Below are positions 11,950 to 23,021 of a DNA stretch of 64,000 nucleotides, one piece after another. The position numbers and the translations under genes are program-made. The stretch lies in the NCBI GenBank assembly GCA_964016885.1, contig OZ024741.1, forward strand, positions 144,584,001 to 144,648,000. Direction: 5' to 3'. Position 1 is the stretch's first letter. Each line of letters opens with the position of its first letter. Below the pieces are notes generated by a model that did no database searches, was not told the DNA's origin, and saw only the letters and a list, made by a program, of their open reading frames with translations. This stretch comes from Eledone cirrhosa (lineage: Eukaryota).

Positions 11950-12433
11950 ATATTTCAGAAGGAATGAAGGGAGGCAACTCTACTATATGATTGGATATTT
12001 AAGGCTAATAATTGAGGCAATTACATTGATTTTAGATTTAATAAAAACCAAATCAATTCGATAATTCAACTAATGAGCCCCAAAGTTTCCCCCACAGAAT
12101 ATGCAGATCTGAGGCAATGCCAAGCGACATCAGTTGCTGTAGAACACAGTTTTTCAAGACTGAAAAATATCCTTGTAAAAGAGGAATTTTTTTGTCTACA
12201 AATATAACACATTATATCATATTGTTCTATAATAAATTTCCCCAATAGCTATTTTTTAAAACTGTTTTGATAATATATCAAAGTAATGGAAACTAAAGTG
12301 ACCTCCCTAATTTTTATGGATCTATTAATAATAATAAGGTTAAAATCTGTCAATAAAGTAAAAAAATAAGGTTTAAAAAGTATGAAAATAAGGTTAAAAT
12401 CATACAATTTTTAAGGTTAAAAAAATCGCCCTA
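11950..12433 (+). mobile_element. hAT-like DNA transposon remnant (transposase C-terminus plus right end)
   Basis: Encodes EYADLRQCQATSVAVEHSFSRLKNIL; four aaggttaaaa-like subterminal repeats; ends ...atcgcccta (TAGGG-type terminus). Confidence 0.6.
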
Positions 12434-13840
12434 CTAAACTTTAACACTATGAGAATCGTCTTCAAATGGAAAATACTTCCTCAGAGATATAACTAAATTT
12501 CTATAGAATTACCCACCTTGGAACTTTACAGGTTTCTAATTAAGACACAATGCTTGTACAGTATTAAGAATCATGCAGGTAGTGATGTTGCTGGTGTTTG
12601 TAATGAATATATTTATAGGAATAGTGATGGTGATTGCTGTAGTAATAAGAATGGCAGTTTATGAGGGTTCTGAAGGAGACGATAATGGTTCTATTTGTGG
12701 TGCTGTAGGACAAGTTGTCATTGTATAAGTTGAGGTGGATGGGTTGATATTTACTTTTGAACTATATGTTCAAGCAAACACATATAATATGGATAGTCAT
12801 ATGCACAAATAAATAGACACACACTGAAAGTACAGTATTTGTAATTCTAAGTGAGGACATATCAGTTCAAAGTGAGATTAAGGATTTCAAAGAGACCTTT
12901 TACGATTTAAATGTGTGATTAACGATTTCAAAATGTAATTAATTCAAAGATTTGATTGATATTTTAAGAGACGAACAGATAACATGAAATAATATAGTAA
13001 GATTATTTGTAATGTCAACAATTTGAACTTGCCTGGATAATTATACATTTTTGTTGCAAAAAAAACTCATATAGTTGTAATATCTCCCAGTATTTTCAGG
13101 TGTAAGTATGGTAATAATATCAACCCACAATCATAACAATCTATGAGCTGACTACAAGCAATGCAAGACACTTGTGTCTATTTTGTTCAATGTTCACTTG
13201 ATGATGTTTGTTGGTTACAAAAAAGTTCAAGAATAAGCAATTTATTTTTTAAACGATGAGATGCTACACATTTAGTCTATGGATTTATTGCATTGATAAA
13301 ATCTGATGGAGTTATGATTATGATCAAAAGAGAGTTGTCTTTCCTGGTTTTGTTTATAATATCATATTCTCCAACTGATAATGTCTTCCTGCTATATTTT
13401 CGTTATGGGAAGATACATTATGTATTCTTGGCTAAATAAATCAAGTAAGTTTATGTTTTGTTTATGTGTCATGAGCTCACTATGAAATCATTATTCCCAC
13501 TTTGAAGTGATTATGTAGCACATAGATGTGATACACATTCATTTAGAAATATCTATTCTCACTTTAATCTGACATGGCCTTGTTAAGAATTACAAATACT
13601 GTAGTAAATGGGGATAGGGAGGATAAGTTGATCAAATTGACTCAACACTCAACTGGTACTTTATTTTATCCAGGATAAAAAACAAAGTTGACCCAAGAAC
13701 TTAAAGATTTAGAACGGTATAGCAAAGCACACAAAATTATAATAATCCTTTTTTCATAGAGTTCAATGTATAGAAGAAACAATTTTGGCATAGAGACACC
13801 TCACCATCTGTAATTTGTTTCCTCATAACTTTTTTAATAA

Positions 13841-15482
13841 CACTGTGTAACATATTTTTTGTTCCCCGGTTCTAAGTATCATTTTATGGTTTGTTATATC
13901 CTATTATTATAAAAAAAAACACTATTATTTAATCAGAAGTTTGGTTTTGTGGTCAGGAGTTTGATATTTCAAAATTTTCATATTTTTCAAGAAAAAACAC
14001 ATTTAAAAAAAATTTATCAGTTCATATAATTAAATCAACAGAGTATATATTTATTTTATTTCACAAGCTTATCAAAAGCAAACAAGTAAAAACAAATAAC
14101 ACTTATAAAGCAACTTATACACGTCAGAAATAACTGGATTTCCTGGATTTGCAGTTGTAGTCCAGGTTGCATTCCTGCACTAGCCCCCAGATATAGTCCC
14201 CCATCATTTTTTCATTGTAGTGGCCCTGGTACCTCCGCTCTATCTCTTTCACATCTTGGTGGAATCGTTCGCCTTGTTCTGAGTAGGCGCCCATATTTTC
14301 CTTGAATATTTCCAGGTGTGCGTCCAGCATATGGAGTTTAAGCGACATCCTGCATCCCATGGCGCCAAAAGCCTTTATCAGATCCTGCACCAGTTGCTGG
14401 TAGTTTTCAGCTCTGTAGTTGCCCAGGAAGCCCTTAACAACTGCCTTGAAACAGTTCCATGCTGTTCTCTCAATCCTACTGAGCTTATTGGAGAACTCGG
14501 TAGACTCAAACACCTTCTTTATCTGAGGTCAACAAAAATTCCAATTTGATTTTGGCCTCAGATAACTTGGGGAAGAACTCAAGAAGGTACTTAAAAGCGG
14601 CTGATTCTTGGTTGAGAGCCTTCACAAACTGCTTCATCAACCCCAACTTAATGTGCAGTGGCGGCATGAGCACAATCCTGGGATCAACCAGTGGCTCCCA
14701 CATGATGTTCCGGGTCCCAACTACAAATTCAGTTCGCTGCTCCCAGTTCTTTCTTTTGTAGTGGTCAGAGGTGGCTCTGCTGTCCCAAAGGCAGAGGAAG
14801 CATTGGAATTTGATAAAGCCTCCTTGGAGTCCAATCAGGAAAGCCACTATCTTGAAGTTTCCAATGATTTCCCAATTGTACTGGTTGTATTGCAGAGCTT
14901 CCAAGAGGACTTTAACGCTGTAGTAATCTTCCTTCAGGCAGACTGAATGAGCTAGGGGCAGTGTCGGGAACTTGTTTCCATTGTGGAGGAGGACAGCCTT
15001 CAAACTTGTGGTGGAGCTGTCTATAAATAGCCGCCACTCCTTGGGCACAAACGGCACCCAATAACGTCAAACAGTCCAGGCACATCATGGCAGAAGCAGA
15101 GGCCATCCCTAAGAGTGTAAAAGCCTGAGAAAGGTTTGTGTCAACTTCTCTGACTTGTCACCTGCACTTCCTCCTTGACCAAGTTCCACTGCTTCATCCT
15201 GGAGACGAATGCTTGAAACACAACTTACCCTTTATTCAGGGTGCGAAAATCCAGTATCAATAAATCTCTTTAATCCACTTTTAAACAATTTTATACTTTA
15301 TTGCACTTTTATAATTTTCTTTAGGTATTACTCTTTATTTTATAATAGCTTAGAATTTTTACAAACCCAAACTTTTAACTGTTTAATAGCACTTTTTTTT
15401 TTATTTATTTGGGACCTAAGCAACACAAAAAAAGTGATTACAAGCCAGGAATAGAGAAAATATTTTTTTTTGTTACACAGTG
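13841..15482 (-). mobile_element. Chapaev3-type (CMC superfamily) DNA transposon, internally deleted, transposase frameshifted
   Basis: 12-bp TIR cactgtgtaaca / tgttacacagtg with TAA on both flanks; motifs WRLFIDSS, CFLCLWDSRA, PPLHIKLGLMKQFVKAL, GCRMSLKLH, EQGERFHQD (ORFs 14506-15057, 14124-14513). Confidence 0.85.
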
Positions 15483-16319
15483 TAATTCATACATTTTTTA
15501 AAATGAAATGTTGCAGAGATGCATTTTCAAAGGTGTAGATTATGTTATGTTCATGAAATTAAAATAATAATAATGGTTTCTTTATTAGCCATACAGGGCT
15601 TACATTAAGGAGACAATAAAGACATTACAGGATGGTACAGTGTGGGATTTTTGTGTGAGAGAAAGGTTTATAACAAAGATTAAGATACTAAAATAATAAT
15701 AATTTCAAATGTATGTAGCTTAAAGTTAACTGCTTTAAAACAAGTTTTTGACTTATGCCACTAGTGAAGGAAAAACATGAACAGCATCACCAGCATTAAA
15801 ACAATTGACTTTAAGCTCCCAAACATTCAAAATTCACTCAATGCTCCGACAATGATGGTGATGATGATGATAATAGAATACAAGCACCGCCATGATAAAA
15901 TCTGTCTATATCTTCATTAGCTTCTGTGTCATAAATATGAATATGAAATCATAAAAGAATTGCTACGTGCATGTATGTGCCTTGTAAAGTAATGCAGGAG
16001 GATGGGAAAGCAATGTAATTGAGGGTACTTGACTAAGGAGCTGCACCTTGACATTAATCCTGATTTCTTATGGTTTTGAAGTAAACCTTTTAACCACACA
16101 GTCATGTCTACACCTAATTTTTTAAAATGTTTTTGATTTTACTTTATAGCAAAACAGCCTTGAATTACAAAATACAACAAAAGCATTTTAAGGCAATTTC
16201 CTTGCCAAAGTAAAAGTTAGTCTTCATACTTCTTGGCACCAACACTTTTAGTCACAGACCAAATGAATACAAACAGTGTCAAAATTAGAATTCAAAATAG
16301 AATGAAGTAATGTACTTAC

Positions 16320-16450
16320 CAGGCTAATATTGACCACAACTGTGAAATAGCAAGTGTATAATTGAAACTGGGGTCCACAAATTTTGTGAAGGAATAAAAT
16401 GTGTCATAGGCAGTATGGTATGAAGGGTAAGACATTGTTGGCCACTTATC
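16320..16450 (-). CDS. GCPII/NAALADase-like exon (131 bp): DKWPTMSYPSYHTAYDTFYSFTKFVDPSFNYTLAISQLWSILA
   Basis: ttccag| and |gtaagt; YPxYHT carries the Y552/H553 equivalents. Confidence 0.95.
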
Positions 16451-16946
16451 CTGGAAAGACAGAAATAGAGTTCAGTTGAAAGAGGCGGTATATGATAAAA
16501 TATCAAATATAACCTGAGAAGATATTAAAGTAGGATGGGTATATACTATTTTGGATGCTATATAAAACATTCATTAAATGAAAAGAAAAAAACCCAGCAA
16601 AAACATCATCTGACTTACACAAGACCCACTGGAAGGCATGTTTGAGGACTCTGCTCTCACGACCCACCCTCCATTCGATTGCAAGCCCAATGCTCTAACC
16701 ACTAAGCCATGCGACTTCAAACAATGATTACAGCTCTTATATTAAAGTTGAGCTATCTGGTAGGTAGGGATAATGTTTACCATGACTGCATCATATTAAA
16801 AATTAAAGTTTTTAATGCTGCAAATTTTCACAACAATCTGTCCATAATATATTTTAAACATTTGAATTAACAAACCTATTTTTATAAATTTTTAGAGGAT
16901 ATTAAGAGTTAAACTAAAAATACAATTAGAATAGGTATGTACTTAC

Positions 16947-17040
16947 TGTATCATATGTATAGAAAAAGTCCATACTTGGGACACCAGCACGCTGATAAAA
17001 TGTTGCCATATCACTGCCAGAACCTAATGAGTAACTGACC
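16947..17040 (-). CDS. GCPII/NAALADase-like exon (94 bp): VSYSLGSGSDMATFYQRAGVPSMDFFYTYDT
   Basis: tctcag| and |gtaagt; LGSGSD motif; phase 2-0. Confidence 0.94.
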
Positions 17041-17707
17041 CTGAGAAATGAAGAAATAAATGATAAGAAATAAAATGAGTTATCAAAATATCACCATTGC
17101 TGTTAACATCATTGTTTATATTATCATAGTCATTGCCATTAATTTTATAATCATTGTTAAAATTATAGCTGCCTCCTTCCTCCTCCACATCATCATAATT
17201 GCTATCATCATCCTCGTAGTCTCCATCATCATCCTTATCATCACAGACATCATCATCAGTTTTATGTCTATTTTCTCCATGGTAGTGTGGGTTAGTGAAG
17301 ACATTTTGAAGCAGAATTCTATGGTTTACTTGTTTTTGTGAAAGGAAAGGTATGAATCTTCACAAATCCATTGAGCAGCAGCATCTTTATATATAATTGC
17401 TTGTAATGTTAAATACGAAGAGAAAAGACAAACATGAATTCACACACACACATATATATATAATGGGCTTCCTAGCAGTCTCCATCAATCAAACTCATTC
17501 ATAAGGAATACACTTTCCCAAGATGCCAGGCACTTAGAGTGAACCCAAAACTGTGGTTCTGAAATTAACTTCTTAACCACACAGTCACACTTACACCTGT
17601 ATGACAATAGAAAATTATAATAGAAATAATAATTTATAAGTAATAATTATATGGCATACGAATTTAGGTTGCCAACGGGAATTAATGAGAGAAGGGTGAT
17701 GAACTAA

Positions 17708-17985
17708 GAGGTCACAGCTCTGATACTATGGGCATGTGATTAGAAGGTCTCAGGGAAAAATCGCTAGACAGATTTTACGGACGAAACCAACTGGTAGGAG
17801 ACCCAGGAGTAGACCACAAGCAAGATGGTTGGATAACATCCATGAGCTTGGCTGGTCACTCTTGGGGATCCAGCCAGATCAGTTGGAGATGATTGCTTCC
17901 GACAGGACTCGCTGGAGGGAGTGTTTGAGGACTCTGCCCCCACGATCCTTTCAGGAATAAGTGGGCGAAGAAAACAAGAAGAAGA
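17708..17985 (+). mobile_element. RTE-clade LINE family 2, 3' end with (AGA)n tail
   Basis: KPTGRRPRSRPQARWLDNI...DRTRWR; homologous to 52290-52588. Confidence 0.88.
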
Positions 17986-18356
17986 AGGGCGATGGAAATA
18001 TATTGGTGAGAAGAAAATATTTAATGGTGTATTTGTTACTAGAGAAAGATTCCTTGGGATTTCAAAGGAAATAACAGAATTTAGAATCTAAATCTAAACA
18101 GATGTGTCTATGGAGAAAGAATTGATATAGCAAATTACCAAAGCAACACAAATCAGCAAAACTACATGACTATATGGCCCATACTTATATTGTTATAACT
18201 ACAAGTCATATTCAGTGCATGGGTATTTTATACATACACATATCCCTCCCACTATATATTTACACATACAATTATAACTTAATGGCTGAGATTCTTAAAA
18301 TATCAAACTTCAAAAATCTAGACAACCACTTGATGACCTATATATATATTTTATCC

Positions 18357-19052
18357 TCACCAGAAGAGACAGAGAACAACCTTGAGGAGAAGGGTATGGA
18401 ATTTGAAGGAGCCCTCAGCCAGTAACAAATTTAGAGGTTTTTGCTTGAAGTTTTTGATAGTCAGAAAGAACAAGTAGACATACAATACAGAGAAGCAGTT
18501 GTAGTTCCTGGAAGATAACCTGCTGAAGGTGATGAGATTTGTGGCAGGGCTCTAGGTAGAAGGAGAATAACTTGGTGGGAGAATAGTAGGGTGGATGAAA
18601 CAATTAAGGCTAAAAGACAGGCATGGAAAGAATGTCAGAATGGAGAAAGCAGAGAACACTACCAGGAAACTAGGAGAAAAGCTAGGTGACAAGTATACCT
18701 TGCAAGAAGGGAAGCATAAAATATAAAATGTAAGCATGTTTTGTGAGACAAGGACAAAAGATGTGAGTTATTCAGGATTATAAGGAAGTGTGTCAGAGAA
18801 AATTGTGATGTTGGGGAGAAGATGATAATAGTGTACTTGCCCTCACCAATGCTGAAAAGAATAGCATGGAAGTGTCATTTTGAAAGACTGCTGAATGAGG
18901 AGAATGCATGGAAGAAAGATAATCTGCCAAGAGTAGACCCAACAGAGTGACCAGCTGTACAAGTCAGCAGCAGTGTAGTAAGTAAGGTAATTAAGGAGAT
19001 GAAGACAGGCAAAGCAGCTAGTCCATCAGGAATAGTTGCTGAGATGCTGAGA
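18357..19052 (+). mobile_element. Old degenerate RTE fragment (endonuclease-RT linker)
   Basis: Homologous to 24980-25650 (RR.TWW, MKTGKAA.PSGI.AEML) with many indels. Confidence 0.8.
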
Positions 19053-19054
19053 AC

Positions 19055-19597
19055 AACCCTCTAAGAAATGGAAAAAGATGAGTATCGACATACATGGGAG
19101 TCAAACCCAAATCTTTGGTTATCCAGACCACTGTGCTACCATTACATCAACACGTCACACATCTCCTTCCATTCAGATTAGAAGTTACATTCATAGCAAG
19201 TATAATGACAAGTGGTCTTGATGACCAAAGATGTCGGTTCGACTCCCATGTACGTCAATACTCATCTTTTTCCATGTCTTAGAGGGTTCTAAATTCCATT
19301 ATCAGGCTAAAAATTTTTTTGTAAAAAAATACGGCGAAAGCTTCTATTTCTATTTTCAACTCACTTGCTGTTTCAAAACAAACTTGCTTGTCATTATACT
19401 TGTTAATAATGTAGCTTCTAATTTGAATGGAAGGAAATGGGTGATGTGTTGCTGTAATGGTAGCACAGTTGTCTGGATAACCAAAGATGTGGGTTCAACT
19501 CCATGTACATCAATACTCATCTTTTTCCACTTCTTAGGGGGTTCTAAACCCCCTTATCAGGCTAAAATTTCTTTAGTAAAAAAATATGGTGAAAGTT
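19055..19597. repeat. Cluster of three copies (one inverted, two direct) of a tRNA-like ~190-bp unit
   Basis: 19055-19190 is the reverse complement of ~19408-19543; 19220-19345 repeats ~19477-19597; A-box-like TGCTGTAATGG and B-box GGTTCGACTCC. Confidence 0.75.
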
Positions 19598-19792
19598 ATA
19601 TATATATAAACAGTATGTCTACTTATGTACCGACTGGTCTGTGACATGACCAACTGTTGCTAGCAGGGAAAATGGACATTAAATGATGATAAGTGTTGTT
19701 ATAACTACTTTAAACTGTGATTATATCACAGCTATCTCAGTAGCAGCAGCAGTAGTTGTAGTAGTAGTAATAGTAGTAGTAGTAACACTTAC

Positions 19793-19872
19793 TTTGGTTC
19801 ATCTCCGGCATTTTGGTGTTTCCAGATATCATACAGGGTAGTACCATTGTGGTGTGAACTTGGGCTGGGAAC
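19793..19872 (-). CDS. GCPII/NAALADase-like exon (80 bp): VPSPSSHHNGTTLYDIWKHQNAGDEPK
   Basis: Pyrimidine tract plus aag| acceptor, |gtaagt donor; phase 0-2; SP...TLY..W pattern. Confidence 0.88.
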
Positions 19873-20073
19873 CTTCATTAAAACAAAAGAAAAATGGAAA
19901 ATGATTAAAATTTTGTGACTATCAACTTCTCAAGAAACCAGTATCAAATGGTTTAATATCACACTTTTAAACATCTTATACAATGAAAACATGCACTACC
20001 ATGACGACCAATGTCTTGTGAGTGAAATTGCTTGATGGAAATTGTGGAAGTCTGTTACATATATATATATATA

Positions 20074-22157
20074 CGACCCAATAGAGGGACCAGCAGTGTT
20101 AGTCGAGGGGAGTATAATAAGTAAGGCAATCAAGGATATGAAGACGGGTAAGGCGGCTGGGCCTTCAGAAATAGTTGCTGAGATGCTGAAGGCATCTGGC
20201 ACGGTGGGACACACCATGGTCACCCGCATAGTTAACCAAGTCGTACAGAATGGGGTTGTTCCGAAGGACTGGCATAGCAGCATCATCGTTAACTGTTATA
20301 AGGGTAAAGGAGACGCCCTAGATAGGAGTAACTATAGAGGCATTAAATTAATCGACCAGGTCATGAAGGTCACGGAAAAAGTAATAGCACAACTAATCAG
20401 AGAGAGAATTGACCTAGATGAAATGCAGTTCAGGTTTGTGTCAGGCAAAAGTACCACAGACGCTCTTTTCATTGTACGACAACTACAGGAGAAGTACCTA
20501 GCTAAAGGTAAACCCCTCTACTTAGCTTTTGTCGACTTGGAGAAAGCCTTCGACAGAGTCCCCCGCTCCATTATCTGGTGGGCTCTTAGAAAACTAGGCA
20601 TTGACGAATGGCTTGTGAGAGCTATACAAGCCATGTATAAAGAAACAGTCAGCAAGGTTAGAATTAACAACGAATATAGTGAAGAGTTTAGCGTAAAAGT
20701 TGGCGTCCATCAGGGCTCTGTTCTCAGCCCCCTACTATTTATTATTGCCCTTCAGGCTATAACAGAGGAGTTCAAGACCGGCTGCCCATGGGAACTCCTA
20801 TACGCAGATGACCTGACACTCATAGCGGAATCAATGGCCGAGCTAGAGAAGAAATTCCAAACATGGAAGCACGGCCTAGAATCAAAAGGACTTAAAATTA
20901 ACCTGGCTAAGACTAAAGTTCTAGTTTGTAGGAAGGAAAATAAGGCGGCGGTCCCTTCTGGGAAATGGTCGTGCTCGGTGTGTAGGAAAGGCGTAGGTAG
21001 AAACTCCATTTTATGTCCTAAATGCAAAGTATGGGTGCATAAAAGATGTAGTGGGATCACAGGTAAGCTAACTAAGAACATAGATTTTACATGTGGCCGG
21101 TGCTCTGGTGCAATAAGTAGCAGCAAGTGCCCACAAAATACTAGCTCTTTCAATTGCGCAGAGGGTTCTATAGAAATAGTGGACAGTTTCCGTTACCTGG
21201 GTGATAAAATCAGCAGTGGGGGAGGGTGCTCTGAAAGTACAGTAGCTAGAGTCAGAACTGGTTGGAAAAAGTTCAGAGAGCTTATACCACTATTAGCTGC
21301 TAAAGGGTTCTCCCTAAAAATGAAAGGCAGGTTGTACGATGCCTGCATATGAACAGCAATGTTACATGGCAGTGAGACCTGGGCATTGTGTGCAGAGGAT
21401 ATACGCAGACTAGAGAGGAACGAAGCTTGCATGCTCCGCTGGATGTGTAATAGTAATATACGTGAACGGCAAAGCATAAACGAACTAAGGAAAAAATTAG
21501 AAATAAGAGGGATCAGATGTTGTTTACTCGAGAGAAGGCTACGTTGGTATGGACACGTGATGCGCATGAAAGTCGATAGCTGTATAACAAAGTGCAGGGC
21601 AATAAAGATAGACGGTAGCCACGGAATAGGCAGACCTAGAAAAACCTGGGACGAGCTGATAAACTCCGACCTCACACACTTACACCTCTCCAAGACAATG
21701 TCACTGGACCGAGACCTTTGGCGGTACTCAGTAACAGAGAAGACCCGCCTTACCTAAATACATAGTAAAACCTACTACAGCCAGTAGGCATCTCTAACAA
21801 AATACCCCCCCCCCCCCCCCGTCCCACCACCCCATCCACACCACCCCGTTCTATGTAAAGTTATGTTGGTGCCACACCATCCAGGCCGAAACAAATGAGA
21901 TTGTGTAGGTGTCACGACAAAAAAAACACACAGTCCACGCTGTAATGTGGCCGTGTAGGCAACACGGTAAAAACCTCCCAGACCCACACTGTAAATGTGG
22001 TTGGTGATAGGAAGGGCATCCAACTGTAGAAAACCTGCCAGACAGTCCTATGCGAGCAAGACAATCACTCTTGCCTCAAGTGGGACTACCCCCGTCCAAA
22101 CCCATGCAAGCGTGGAACACGGACGTTAAACATTGATGATGATGATGATGATGATGA
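20074..22157 (+). mobile_element. RTE-clade LINE, 5'-truncated: RT, PHD-like finger, C-terminus, 3'UTR, (GAT)n tail
   Basis: NYRGIKL, FVDLEKAFDRV, GVHQGSVLSPLLF, LYADD, FRYLG, RLRWYGHVMR; a single TGA at 21350 splits ORFs 20042-21352 and 21359-21757. Confidence 0.96.
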
Positions 22158-22428
22158 TAGGAAGGACATCTAGCCATAGAAACCTAGCCAGAAAAAGTTC
22201 TATATGAGTAAGACACGTTCACCTCACCCAACTTACCTTAAATGGGACAACCTGTCTAACTCATGCTAGCATGGGAAACGGACGTTAAATGATGAAGATG
22301 ATGATATATCATCATCATCATCATCACCGATTTACATCCATTCTTCCACGCTAGCATGGGTTAGACGGGTTGTCCTGTTGTGGGCAATGCCAGGTCGGGA
22401 TGTATATATATATATATATGCATTTAAA

Positions 22429-22469
22429 CTGAGCTGATGATCCGACTAAGGTGAAACAATTGTTCTCGG
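22429..22469 (+). ncRNA. Type I hammerhead ribozyme motif in a short insert between (TA)n tracts
   Basis: ctgag CTGATGA tcc gactaa ggt GAAAC aatt GTT ctcgg: helix I ctgag/ctcgg, palindromic helix III loop. Confidence 0.65.
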
Positions 22470-22559
22470 AAATGGTGAATTAACTGTTGTGGAACTATTT
22501 ATATATATATTTTTTTTGTTAGATTCTTATAATTTATTTTTTAACTATAATTTTTACAA

Positions 22560-23019
22560 GAAAGGAATATGAGAAGAAAGCGTATAGCATGGAGTTTTAT
22601 TTAAAATTTGATATGGATACCAGCATTCACCACGAGCTTCTCAAGCCGCCTGGGAACCGCATCAACTGATTTCACCAGGAACTCTTGTTGTGGGATGGAA
22701 GACATAACTTCTCGTATTCACCCTTCAAGTTCTTCCAAAGTCGTTGATTTGGTAGAGTAGACTTGCTCCATTAACCAACCCCAAAGAAAACAGTCGCAGG
22801 GTGTTAAGTCAGGGCATCTGGCTGGCCACTCGTGCGGACCACAATGGCCCATCCATCCATCTCCCAGGGAAGTGGGCATTCGGCCATTCACAAACAACAA
22901 TAGCAAAATCAAATCTTCAATATTCTCCCAAATACTGATAACTGGCCAGATTTCATCTTGTAGCATGGTGAGGTAACTTTCGGCATTCAATAGGGAGTTA
23001 CTTTTCAATCACCCTGTGT
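22560..23019 (-). mobile_element. Tc1/mariner-family transposon remnant
   Basis: WMGHCGPHEWPARCPDLTPCDCFLWGWLMEQVYS (WPxRSPDLxPxD motif); CAGGGTG-type terminus near 23016. Confidence 0.85.
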
Positions 23020-23021
23020 AT

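Noticed and set aside
17060-17341. Ile-rich ORF beside an exon
   Set aside because: Degenerate (ATC)n low-complexity intron sequence.
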